Of a DNA stretch of 64,000 nucleotides, positions 29,291-37,923 are shown one piece after another; the first letter of the stretch is position 1; each line of letters opens with the position of its first letter. The stretch comes from a virus. Position numbers and translations under genes: made by a program. The notes under the pieces were generated by a model. The model did no database searches, had not been told where the DNA came from, and saw only the letters and a program-made list of their open reading frames with translations. The stretch is taken from positions 1 to 64,000 of IMG/VR virus record IMGVR_UViG_3300024999_000072; one strand, given 5' to 3'.

Positions 29291-30699
29291 AAACCCTTAA
29301 TCAACTCCCTAAGTTTGTTTTTATCACCTTGAGACTTCTCCACCTCCTGGCGAAACGATGCGGCGGCATTCTCCTTGTTAGACAACGCTTTATTGATCCT
29401 ATCGTCAATACTTCCGGAACAATAAATATCGATGTAAGTTACGTCATGCTCCTGGCCTATGCGGTGGTCCCGGTCCTCGGCCTGTAAACGTTCAGAGTAC
29501 TTAAACCCGTTGTTGTAAAATATGACAAAGTGCGACTCATTCAAGGTTAGGCCGTGGCCGCCACAGCTCGGGGTTGACACAAAGAACCGCGCTGGTCCTC
29601 GGAATAGTCCAACTTGTGCGGGACGGTCCTTTTCCTTGATCCCTCCATGGAATTGTGAAACAGAATCCTCGCCGTACTTATCAGACAGAGCTTTTACTAT
29701 CCCGCGTATATCATACATAAACTTGGCCCAGACAATGATCTTCTTGCCCTCAGGGATATCCGCAACCGCATCCATAAATGTCTCCATCCGGTAATGTCGG
29801 AACTCGAATAACTTCATTTTGCCCTTAACGCGGTAATTCCAGAATCCACATACGATCTCCTGCAGGGCCGTAAACATGCGGAAGATAGAAGTCGAGTTAA
29901 AATCTTCGCGGTCCAATTCGGCTAGGAATTTCTCTTTGGCTAAGTGGTATTCGTGAGCTTGTTTATCAGTCATATGGAAATATCGTGTTTCGTAGAGTTT
30001 TTTAGGGAGATCAAGACATTCCTCTTTTGTAATTTGGTAGACATACGGCTTAGTTTTAGCGGCTAGGTATGCGGTGTTGTGGCTCCTCACAATCCGACCC
30101 GGGAACTTCTCGGAATACTCAAGGTGGTTGGCAGCAAAACTGTAGAAGGAGTTATACCCGAGGATCTTGGGCGAGAGAAAACGCATCTGTGCGTAAAGGT
30201 CTACAACACCTTGGGAGAGGGGAGTGCCGGTTAGAATTAGGCGATACCTTGAGCGCGCGCTCATGGCCGTGATCCGTGTCGTGCGCTTTGAGTCGTGGCC
30301 CTTAATATAGCTCGATTCGTCCAAGATAACGAACGTTTTAGCCGTGATTAGCTTATTCGCAGCCAAGACCATGCGTGTACTACTACTCATCGACTCGATG
30401 CCGATAATATACCACAACGCCTTCGGTATTGATCGCTCCCGCGTCTTGCTCCCAAAAACGTAGATATCGGCATCGGTGCAGTCGGTGTGCTTGAGTATCT
30501 CTTGCCGCACGGTTTCTTTGAGTGATACTGGACAAAAGTAAACAACCTTGTCTATCTTATGTTGGCGACGGTAAACAATTTCGAAGGTTGTTCTCGTTTT
30601 CCCTGTCCCCATGTCCATGAAGAGTCCGCCTATGGTAGTGGGAACCATTTTTTCTACAGCCGGTACTTGGTGGGGGAGAAGGTTAGTCTTTAAATTCAT
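29287..30699 (-). CDS. SNF2-family helicase/translocase
   Basis: MDMGTGKT, LDES, LTGTP, GLTL and QAEDR.HRIGQ motifs. Confidence 0.92.
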   Translation of the reverse strand: MNLKTNLLPHQVPAVEKMVPTTIGGLFMDMGTGKTRTTFEIVYRRQHKIDKVVYFCPVSLKETVRQEILKHTDCTDADIYVFGSKTRERSIPKALWYIIGIESMSSSTRMVLAANKLITAKTFVILDESSYIKGHDSKRTTRITAMSARSRYRLILTGTPLSQGVVDLYAQMRFLSPKILGYNSFYSFAANHLEYSEKFPGRIVRSHNTAYLAAKTKPYVYQITKEECLDLPKKLYETRYFHMTDKQAHEYHLAKEKFLAELDREDFNSTSIFRMFTALQEIVCGFWNYRVKGKMKLFEFRHYRMETFMDAVADIPEGKKIIVWAKFMYDIRGIVKALSDKYGEDSVSQFHGGIKEKDRPAQVGLFRGPARFFVSTPSCGGHGLTLNESHFVIFYNNGFKYSERLQAEDRDHRIGQEHDVTYIDIYCSGSIDDRINKALSNKENAAASFRQEVEKSQGDKNKLRELIKGL

Positions 30700-31843
30700 C
30701 CAACACCTCCGTATCGTCAGGTATTTCTAGCACTGGAGCCCTGCTTGTTACAACGGCATAATCCTTTTCTTTCGGCTCCATGGCGATGCCGATAATCGAG
30801 TTATTACGCACCTCCTCTGCTCTTGTGATAACATCCCTAGCTCCGCTCGAAATCTCAAACTTATACATCTCCGCAAAGTCTAGCACCTCCGCGAAGTGCT
30901 CAGGCGAAACGACTACATTCGGCTTATCGTATTTTGCACCAGTGATGGATTTAGCTCGTCGATACAGATTTTCGTCTCGCGACCACGAAATAACGAACCA
31001 TCCGAAGTATTTACCCTCTACTACACGAGATATCCACCGTGTACATTCTGGTTTGTAGTCGGCGTTAATTGCTCTCTCGCGGATCTCAGCGTCGAAGATC
31101 CGGATGGAGAACCCTGCGTATAGGAGTTTGTTTCCGGCTTCAGCAGCGCGGTCCTCAATGGTGCCATTCTTCATCCTTATTCTTCGTTTCCATGATCCTT
31201 CGGACCATACCATGTTTAGTTCTTTTTTCACAAGTTCGCGGAAACTATCTCGTTTCTCGGGGAATCTTATTTCTAGCAGATCGTCAAGGATGCGTATTTC
31301 TGCGACAGTCTCAGTTTTCGGATTCTCCGGCCGGACGGTGGCTTCCGCAAGAATATCCTTGACAACTTCCTTAGGCGGCATAATCTCTTCATGCTTGATC
31401 GTTTCTAATTCTGCGTTTAAAAGCTTCATGACCCCTAGTGAGTCCCTAACTAAAAACCGTCGATCTATCCACCAGTGGGCTCTTGTTTTTCCCGCCTTGA
31501 TGTGTTCGATCGCATCCCGCATATTGGCTTGGGTATCAATGTGCCCTAATCGCTTATCTGCCGCAACCGAATCCATGTATGAAAGCAGTTCTATCCTGAT
31601 TGATTCGGCCCACGGAATCTGCTTCTCTGTGCCGGTTAGTGCAGGGAGATTGTTATCCTTCGCGGCTTCGGCAGCTTCTCGGTTCGCCTCTTTGCGACGG
31701 CGTTGCAGATCGACTTGGTAGCATTCGGAGCAGAGCTTGTCGGCTTCGATGTGTTCTAATTTCCATTCGCAGTCCTTAGTTTTCCCGATCAGGGCCACGG
31801 TTTCCTCGTGGCCGCAGGAGCGGGTGACGGTGTAGTTAGCCAC
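30683..31843 (-). CDS. conserved phage protein (CGH...CxxC, LP.L.G.EKQI.WA..IR)
   Basis: Recognisable N-terminal motif; overlaps the SNF2 start. Confidence 0.75.
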   Translation of the reverse strand: MANYTVTRSCGHEETVALIGKTKDCEWKLEHIEADKLCSECYQVDLQRRRKEANREAAEAAKDNNLPALTGTEKQIPWAESIRIELLSYMDSVAADKRLGHIDTQANMRDAIEHIKAGKTRAHWWIDRRFLVRDSLGVMKLLNAELETIKHEEIMPPKEVVKDILAEATVRPENPKTETVAEIRILDDLLEIRFPEKRDSFRELVKKELNMVWSEGSWKRRIRMKNGTIEDRAAEAGNKLLYAGFSIRIFDAEIRERAINADYKPECTRWISRVVEGKYFGWFVISWSRDENLYRRAKSITGAKYDKPNVVVSPEHFAEVLDFAEMYKFEISSGARDVITRAEEVRNNSIIGIAMEPKEKDYAVVTSRAPVLEIPDDTEVLDEFKD

Positions 31844-32399
31844 TGCCCCACATCCAAGCCACAAACTTGTCAGCGTCCCATCCTAGCTCATCGCACGCGT
31901 CGAAGATGGAATCCATCCAGTCGGGATGATATTCATTACCTTCGCCAACGATCTTGTCAACTGACTTGAGATACTGAGCAAATGCTTCGCGTCCTTCTTT
32001 GCCTAACTCTACGAGCTCAGGGATCGACTTGAATTTTAGTATTTCGGACATCCAAAACTTTTTACGATAGATCTCTTCCATATCGCTTGGCTTTGCATAT
32101 ACCTCGACGTGATCATAATTTCCCTCGTTCACGATCTGGTTAAAAAATACGTCAACTTGCAACATCTGATCGCTAATCGTCATGTGAGGCGCAGGTGTAA
32201 CCTTAAAGCTAGAACCATGATCAGGCGCTACTCGCTTACTTGCCCACACTTGACTAATCTCATTATCCTTAATACGGATCTCAATAGAGAATTCACCGAA
32301 AGGATATTCTCCGGTTACGACAACTGCGTAACGACCGTGGCCGAACTTAAAGTTTTTTACTGCTTCAAACGCTTCGCTGGTTAGTTCTATTAGGTTCAT
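31836..32399 (-). CDS. hypothetical protein
   Basis: AAGGAGG RBS before MNLIELT; lies downstream of the ribozyme. Confidence 0.7.
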   Translation of the reverse strand: MNLIELTSEAFEAVKNFKFGHGRYAVVVTGEYPFGEFSIEIRIKDNEISQVWASKRVAPDHGSSFKVTPAPHMTISDQMLQVDVFFNQIVNEGNYDHVEVYAKPSDMEEIYRKKFWMSEILKFKSIPELVELGKEGREAFAQYLKSVDKIVGEGNEYHPDWMDSIFDACDELGWDADKFVAWMWGSG

Positions 32400-32427
32400 G
32401 GCTTCATCCTCCTTATTTCTGGGCCTA

Positions 32428-32492
32428 TAACCCTTGAGCGCCGCACCCTTTCGGGTGGTCCTGGCTTGCACAGGACTGGGCCTAGCGGGCTA
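32428..32492 (-). ncRNA. twister-sister self-cleaving ribozyme (three-way-junction type)
   Basis: Minus strand UAGCCC-GCUAGGCC-CA-GUCCUG-UGCAAGC-CAGGAC-CACCC-GAAA-GGGUG-C-GGCGCUCA-A-GGGUUA; all stems pair; conserved GCnAGGCC, UGCAAG and GGCGCUCA elements present. Confidence 0.88.
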
Positions 32493-32711
32493 GGAAATTT
32501 CAGGATACAATGTCTCGTTAATCATCTCCTGAAGCTTCTTCGCTTCAGGAATCATCCATTTCGGCGAATTTTTAGCCTGTTCTGAATCAGGCTCACATAT
32601 CGAATAGTGCTCCCCATCCCAATTCCGAATATAGACAGTAGGTGATCCCATAGATGTCCTGACCACTATTTCTGGCCCTAGCTCCCATTTACCGATTTCA
32701 ATTTTTTCCAT
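32490..32711 (-). CDS. hypothetical protein
   Basis: RBS after the repeated hairpin; its stop codon lies in ribozyme P1. Confidence 0.65.
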   Translation of the reverse strand: MEKIEIGKWELGPEIVVRTSMGSPTVYIRNWDGEHYSICEPDSEQAKNSPKWMIPEAKKLQEMINETLYPEIS

Positions 32712-32721
32712 TTCGTAACGC

Positions 32722-32747
32722 CCTTTCGCCGGATTGGCCCGGCTGGC
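32722..32747 (-). repeat. pre-RBS hairpin motif, copy 2
   Basis: GCCAGCCGGGCCAATCCGGCGAAAGG. Confidence 0.75.
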
Positions 32748-32754
32748 CTAATTC

Positions 32755-32964
32755 CTAAACTCCAAACATCGACCATTCTTCCTCGATTGCTACTGGCTGT
32801 AATCCACTCAGTACCTTTTCTCTAAGTATGCTTAATTTACTTTTCTCCATCAGCATGCTGTCAAATTTTTCGCGTCCCATTAATGCAACCTCATTGTTGA
32901 TTGTATCAAGTTTATCATTCAGTAGGTCCAGGACTGTTTTTAGATCATTTTTATTTAGTTCCAT
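32755..32964 (-). CDS. hypothetical protein, first gene of the leftward operon
   Basis: GAGGG RBS; follows a strong promoter. Confidence 0.65.
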   Translation of the reverse strand: MELNKNDLKTVLDLLNDKLDTINNEVALMGREKFDSMLMEKSKLSILREKVLSGLQPVAIEEEWSMFGV

Positions 32965-32999
32965 TTCATTCCCTCGCTCTCAACTCTTGATCTTAATTA

Positions 33000-33028
33000 A
33001 TTATACAGCACGTTACGTTATGCGTCAA
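33000..33028 (-). promoter_or_regulatory. strong sigma-A promoter with CGTAAC operator repeats
   Basis: TTGACG-N17-TATAAT; spacer contains TAACGTAACG; palindrome TTCGTAA-N4-TTACGAA at 33047-33064. Confidence 0.8.
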
Positions 33029-33101
33029 GGGATAAACAGGGGTATTTTCGTAATAATTTACGAATAAAAAAAGCCCCCACTTTCGTCAGGGACCAATAAT
33101 T

Positions 33102-33971
33102 TCACACCTTCGTCCGTGTTTTACCAAGTTCGAACTCGTGAATCCTTGCGGTCAAAGTCTGAATCCGATCTTGGAGAGTATCGATTTTGACCGTATATTC
33201 GTCTTTAAGTTTAGCTGTTGATTCGAGCACACGATTATTGGCATCGATCCCTGCCGCATGAATCTGCAGGTCAGCCATTTTTTGCATAGAGGCCAATTCG
33301 CCGGCATGAGTCTTTTCTCTGGTTGTAATAGCTTGCTCTTTGATTTCGATCACATGGAGATGTTGAGATGATTCTGTAATGAGTTTTTCGATTTGGCGCC
33401 GAGACTCTTTGCGCTGCGCCCTAAGCTCTTGTACTTCAGCTTCCATTTCAGCCACGGTCCCGATCCGCGCCTCCAAGGTTTCGTTTTGATTTGTTAGTAG
33501 CTCGATAGTTATACGATTAGATTTATTAACGGCTTCAAGCTCGCTATTTCTCTCAGAAAGCTCTTTGAGCTGATCCTGAATTTCGGCCAAATCCAACCGA
33601 GCTTTGTCGCGCTCAACTTCAGCATGAAGACGACTCTTATCTACCTGGTCGACAATTCCTTGATGCACTCGTTTTTCTTGATCGATGCTTTCTGTGAAGT
33701 TTTCCTTCAGGTCATGAAGTTTCTGGACCATGTTTGTAAAGATTGATTCGGCATGGGATAGGTGGTAACGAAGCTGCTGCATATCCTCGGTTTGCTCAGT
33801 GTCGCTACTGGCTAATAAATTCGTTTTGAATTGTGTAACCATGGCCGCGAATAGTTCTTTTTGGCTAAGGCCAGTTACTTTTAATAGCTCGCCCACAGAT
33901 TCAGTAATGTCACTTGTGGTTTTTACCGAGTATGTAGGCGGGACTGCCTTAATTTCCTTTTCATCCGACAT
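33102..33971 (-). CDS. long coiled-coil protein with a putative N-terminal DNA-binding region (KfrA-like architecture)
   Basis: Heptad-rich 289 aa; GGAGG RBS. Confidence 0.65.
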   Translation of the reverse strand: MSDEKEIKAVPPTYSVKTTSDITESVGELLKVTGLSQKELFAAMVTQFKTNLLASSDTEQTEDMQQLRYHLSHAESIFTNMVQKLHDLKENFTESIDQEKRVHQGIVDQVDKSRLHAEVERDKARLDLAEIQDQLKELSERNSELEAVNKSNRITIELLTNQNETLEARIGTVAEMEAEVQELRAQRKESRRQIEKLITESSQHLHVIEIKEQAITTREKTHAGELASMQKMADLQIHAAGIDANNRVLESTAKLKDEYTVKIDTLQDRIQTLTARIHEFELGKTRTKV

Positions 33972-34025
33972 GATTTAAAACCTCCTCCAAGATAGGTATA
34001 CTTTTTACCCTTGATATAAGCGGTG

Positions 34026-34092
34026 TTTACTTAGGTAAACTTGTAAACTTTTTGTATACTATTATTATAGCGCCAATATTTGTTAGTTGCAA
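34026..34092 (-). promoter_or_regulatory. sigma-A promoter with downstream GTTTAC/GTAAAC boxes
   Basis: TTGCAA-N17-TATAAT at 34092-34064; three GTAAAC-type boxes at about 34025-34048. Confidence 0.65.
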
Positions 34093-34151
34093 GAGCATAA
34101 AAAGACACCGGGGATTAAACCCAGTGCGATAAGGTGTTGTAAAAGGAGAGC

Positions 34152-34355
34152 TTAGCCGCTCTCCTTTTTGTTTATCCCGATCTTTATTTCGTAGACCGAC
34201 TTTTCAATCTCCCTCACCGACTCGATCAACTCCGAATTTGCCTGTCGTACACCATTCCTGACAGCCATCTTGATTAGGTAGTAGAGGAGAATGAGGGACA
34301 GGAACCATAGGCAGAGGAAGAGAAGAGTGTTAGGGAGAAGGAATGCGTCGTGCAT
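34152..34355 (-). CDS. small single-TM protein
   Basis: TM helix followed by IKMAVRNGV. Confidence 0.65.
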   Translation of the reverse strand: MHDAFLLPNTLLFLCLWFLSLILLYYLIKMAVRNGVRQANSELIESVREIEKSVYEIKIGINKKESG

Positions 34356-34378
34356 GGGATCATTCCTTTCAATAGTGG

Positions 34379-35353
34379 TTAATCATTTTGCGATATTACG
34401 CTAATCGTATCGGTCTTATAATCTGATTTAGCCGTAACGTTTTGAAGGATTAATGCCCCGAAGGCATTTTTAGCCCTGTATGTCATCTTAACGATTAAGT
34501 GGTCGCCTTTATCCGAGTATGTCGTTTTTTCGTGATCGAAGCTCTTTGGGTCGTTCAGGTTCTTTTTGAGTAAATCTACCAGATGGGTATGCGATCCATC
34601 CCAAACGCTAAATTGCCCCTTAACCCATGTCTGGTATTGCTTTTGGGTATATAGTCTTTCAAAATCCTCCTTTACCTCAGCTTTCTCGGAATCTTTTAGA
34701 TGGTTGAAATATTTGTCTTCAATTTCGGCGAAATGCTTTAATTCATCTTCAGTAAATAATTTGTATTGGCTCATAATCAATAACGCCTTATCTGAGTCTG
34801 TAATCTTAGCTGCCTCAGCTTTTTCGCGAGCTATCTGCTCAGCGGTCTTCCCTGGTTGTGAAGCTGTCTTTGGCGATGTGGCATCTTCTCCTCCGACGAT
34901 ATTTCCGATCGCGCCAAATATAACTAGATAGCCCACGATAGCTACAGCCATTTTCCACTTAGTCTTCGACCGAAAACCTAAGATTTTATTCCACCATTTT
35001 CGAGGAATTTCCTCTAAGCGTATATTGGTATTTGCTGTAATTAAAGAAGCAACTTCTTTGCCTTTTTGGTTTACCTTTAATTCATAAGTCCTGGTATCGC
35101 TTTTTAGCATAAATACTGACTGAGTAAACAAATGGTCAACGGTTGCACTTGTCCAGTTCTCCCACTTATCTTCGGACAACTTACTGGCAGACCCGTTCTT
35201 AAAATCGTACTGCTCAAATCCCGTAGCCGAAAAGACTAAATATGAATTTGACTTACCTTGAACATTCGTGACAAGCGCCGGAAAGATTCCTAACTGATTT
35301 AAATAAATCTTAAATGCGTCTATCGGTTTTTGTTGCTTCTCTTTCTTTGCCAT
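34379..35353 (-). CDS. membrane-anchored moron protein
   Basis: Cytoplasmic N-domain, GFRSKTKWKM-TM, extracellular LNDPKSF...RAKNAFG domain. Confidence 0.75.
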   Translation of the reverse strand: MAKKEKQQKPIDAFKIYLNQLGIFPALVTNVQGKSNSYLVFSATGFEQYDFKNGSASKLSEDKWENWTSATVDHLFTQSVFMLKSDTRTYELKVNQKGKEVASLITANTNIRLEEIPRKWWNKILGFRSKTKWKMAVAIVGYLVIFGAIGNIVGGEDATSPKTASQPGKTAEQIAREKAEAAKITDSDKALLIMSQYKLFTEDELKHFAEIEDKYFNHLKDSEKAEVKEDFERLYTQKQYQTWVKGQFSVWDGSHTHLVDLLKKNLNDPKSFDHEKTTYSDKGDHLIVKMTYRAKNAFGALILQNVTAKSDYKTDTISVISQND

Positions 35354-35391
35354 TTAACACACTCTCCTAATCTTCGCATACAATTATATCT

Positions 35392-35416
35392 CTTCCTTAT
35401 AAGCCGGGCTATTCCT
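35392..35416 (-). promoter_or_regulatory. sigma-H-like promoter
   Basis: AGGAATAGCCCGGCTTATAAGGAAG; same AGG-N18-GAA spacing as the other copies. Confidence 0.5.
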
Positions 35417-35460
35417 GCAACTCGACAGGATTAATTGTTTTACGCTAAGTTTTGCAACGG

Positions 35461-36147
35461 TCACAACGCCAGCAACGGCAAGAGCTTCAACAACATCAGC
35501 GCAACTCCTCCGAGTATGAGTGTGTTCCCAACTGCCTTTGCGGCTTCCGGAGTGGGGGCAGGTGCAGGGACCTCATCCCTCGGATTAACAACCGATTCGA
35601 TATCAACGTCCGTGACCAAATGATTCTTCACAGTCCCGGCAAAGTCCTCAAAGTTGCGGTTATCCCTAAAATGTCTCCCGATCTCAACTGTGATTTCATC
35701 CGTCACCCCGTGATCCGGGTCAATCGTCCGTTTGTATTTAAAAACATCTTTGTCGTATCTACCGTTATTGAGTTGGCCTTTGATCTTATTCTTCAAGTAG
35801 TTACCTATCTTATTACCAACGTTATCCAACCTACTTGCATCCATTGTTCGTGGTATACCGATGGCTATTTGTTTTCCTTTGGCTATCCTTTCCCATGTTG
35901 ATAATGGTGCGTAACCCAGTGCTGGATGATCCTCTGACCAGAACATTCCGTTGAGGGAGATGGGGTTATTTTGTGGCATTGGATAGAGATAAAACGCGAA
36001 TGGGGAAGTGTTCAGATAGGCGCTAGGGGTTGTTGCTTGTGCCATGAAGGGGTTTGATAGGGAGATGCCAACTAGAATCATCAGCGTGGCAATGGCGAGT
36101 GTACGACGAACAGTAGACTTGCGCAGGACTAAGATCATATTAATCAA
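35461..36147 (-). CDS. exported protein with a signal peptide and C-terminal TM anchor
   Basis: Basic/hydrophobic N-terminus with AQA site; Pro-rich linker; C-terminal TM. Confidence 0.7.
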   Translation of the reverse strand: MINMILVLRKSTVRRTLAIATLMILVGISLSNPFMAQATTPSAYLNTSPFAFYLYPMPQNNPISLNGMFWSEDHPALGYAPLSTWERIAKGKQIAIGIPRTMDASRLDNVGNKIGNYLKNKIKGQLNNGRYDKDVFKYKRTIDPDHGVTDEITVEIGRHFRDNRNFEDFAGTVKNHLVTDVDIESVVNPRDEVPAPAPTPEAAKAVGNTLILGGVALMLLKLLPLLAL

Positions 36148-36331
36148 CCTCCAATTTTGCCTTTAATTCTTCTAGGGATTTCAGAAGTTTCTCTATAGTT
36201 TCCCTATCTGGTGGGGAAATCCTCAAAAGAGTATTCAACTTGGCAAACATTACAATCATCTTCCAATACCATATTTCGGCAGTAATCCTACTCTTAATCA
36301 CCCCGACAATTGGTTTTTTCACGCGAAACAC
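36140..36331 (-). CDS. hypothetical protein
   Basis: Coupled between the M23 gene and the exported-protein gene. Confidence 0.55.
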   Translation of the reverse strand: MFRVKKPIVGVIKSRITAEIWYWKMIVMFAKLNTLLRISPPDRETIEKLLKSLEELKAKLEVD

Positions 36332-36332
36332 C

Positions 36333-37010
36333 TCACTTCATAAAATCTTTGGGGTCAACAGCCTTCCCTCCAATCCTAATCTCAAAATGCAGGTGAGGAC
36401 CTGTTGAATTCCCGGTAGTCCCGATCTCAGCAATCTTGTCACCGCCTAGAATCATCTTTCCCTCCGGTACTAATACCTTTGAGCAGTGGGCGTAAAGCGT
36501 TCCGTAATTATTGCCATGATCGATGATGATGTACAGCCCATAAGTACTATCTTCAGCAACTTTCTCCACCGTTCCGGGACGACTAACCCTAATCGGATCG
36601 CCTATCTTCCCAGCAATGTCCAGTCCGTGATTGTTCTCGTTGTAGCCTTGGGTAACTTTTCCCTTCACCGGCCAATCAAACTTCGCATTGCCGGTTAATC
36701 TCTCCCAAATCCCCTGATATCCTACGCTCCCGGCCGGGGAAACGGCATCTCCGATTTGCTTCTGGACCCCTTTGCTTTCGCCGAGTAAATCATTAACCTT
36801 ATCCCGTCCTTGGCTATAGGTCTGAGCGGCTACATGAATATCGTTACTGAGTTGTTTAAATGGTGCGGCTACCCCAGACAGGACCATCAACCCAAGACTA
36901 ACGACACCTAACCACTTAACGAGCATCGCCATATCTTTGCCGGCAGAATGACGAACGTATAAATAAACAACCAGATACAAGGCACTTAGCCTAACAAAAT
37001 CAGCGATCAT
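36333..37010 (-). CDS. 2-TM + M23/LytM-domain protein with a degenerate first zinc motif
   Basis: YAH and STGPHLHFE are intact; HxxxD reads NHGLD; N-terminal TM hairpin with GKDMAMLV. Confidence 0.85.
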   Translation of the reverse strand: MIADFVRLSALYLVVYLYVRHSAGKDMAMLVKWLGVVSLGLMVLSGVAAPFKQLSNDIHVAAQTYSQGRDKVNDLLGESKGVQKQIGDAVSPAGSVGYQGIWERLTGNAKFDWPVKGKVTQGYNENNHGLDIAGKIGDPIRVSRPGTVEKVAEDSTYGLYIIIDHGNNYGTLYAHCSKVLVPEGKMILGGDKIAEIGTTGNSTGPHLHFEIRIGGKAVDPKDFMK

Positions 37011-37213
37011 TTGAACACATCGCCAATCTGCTTAAGAAAACCGATAGAAGCGGCAAGGACCATTCCAGAAACAGAAATTAGCGCAAGGGTTTCAGCGTAA
37101 TAAATCCACTCAGACTTCCCGAAAACTTTAAGACCCAGCTTTATAACTTGGAGACCAACCGCAATCCCGAGTATTGAGAGGATTGGGGCTGCCGCTGAGA
37201 TTCCTGGGAACAT
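37007..37213 (-). CDS. SpoIIIAC-like small membrane protein
   Basis: 68 aa; I..I.GI...L...GK.EW.....L....MV......K.I..VF pattern matches SpoIIIAC. Confidence 0.65.
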   Translation of the reverse strand: MFPGISAAAPILSILGIAVGLQVIKLGLKVFGKSEWIYYAETLALISVSGMVLAASIGFLKQIGDVFK

Positions 37214-37923
37214 TGCGATTCCCCCTTTTTCGCGTTGTGTACGTTGAAACAAAACTTCTTGACTTCATCTAGGGTTAGGACTTCGACGAGGTACGAATAG
37301 GCCCGATCATTCTTAACGATTTTCTGAATGATGTCAGTTGGTCCATCTGTCACAATGAGGATGGTAAAATTCTGCTCCTTATTCAAGTCAATCCACCAAT
37401 GAGGACGGGCCCCTTGGGATTTCTCCTGAATAAGTTTTTTTGCCAGATCATTGTATTGCTTAATCTTCTTGAACTCATTACCGGATTCGTGCCGATTAAA
37501 TTCACAAAAGAAAGGTTTTAGTTCGGGAGTTTTGAACGTGATAAATTGATCCGGTTGGACGATGGGGAGAAATTCCTTTGGTTCGTTCTGGAAGGTTAGA
37601 TGGAACTTGCTCTCCCTGGCCCTAATGGTCATAAAGGTATAGATCCAACTCTTCCCAATGGTGTGCTCGACGTTTCTTGGGGCCTTCTCGTCAACTAACC
37701 AAAAGTAATCCTTCTCGGAAAACGATATACGATTTCCGCGCTTAATACGTTTTTTCTTAACTAGCCTCCTAGTGCAACGATGGACCATTTCCACAGATAA
37801 TCCAGCGAACTCAAGCAAATGGATTTGATCCGTGTTCAAGCAGTTGCAGCGCTCTAGGTGAGCTAGAACCCGTAAATCTCGGGAGTAGCCCTTTACGTGA
37901 CTTGCTTGACTTGTGTTGCTCAT
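37141..37923 (-). CDS. replication-relaxation (Replic_Relax) family protein
   Basis: N-terminal wHTH LNTDQI; conserved EH, PD and E.R...KIKQY; follows FtsK. Confidence 0.7.
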   Translation of the reverse strand: MSNTSQASHVKGYSRDLRVLAHLERCNCLNTDQIHLLEFAGLSVEMVHRCTRRLVKKKRIKRGNRISFSEKDYFWLVDEKAPRNVEHTIGKSWIYTFMTIRARESKFHLTFQNEPKEFLPIVQPDQFITFKTPELKPFFCEFNRHESGNEFKKIKQYNDLAKKLIQEKSQGARPHWWIDLNKEQNFTILIVTDGPTDIIQKIVKNDRAYSYLVEVLTLDEVKKFCFNVHNAKKGESQCSQESQRQPQSSQYSGLRLVSKL

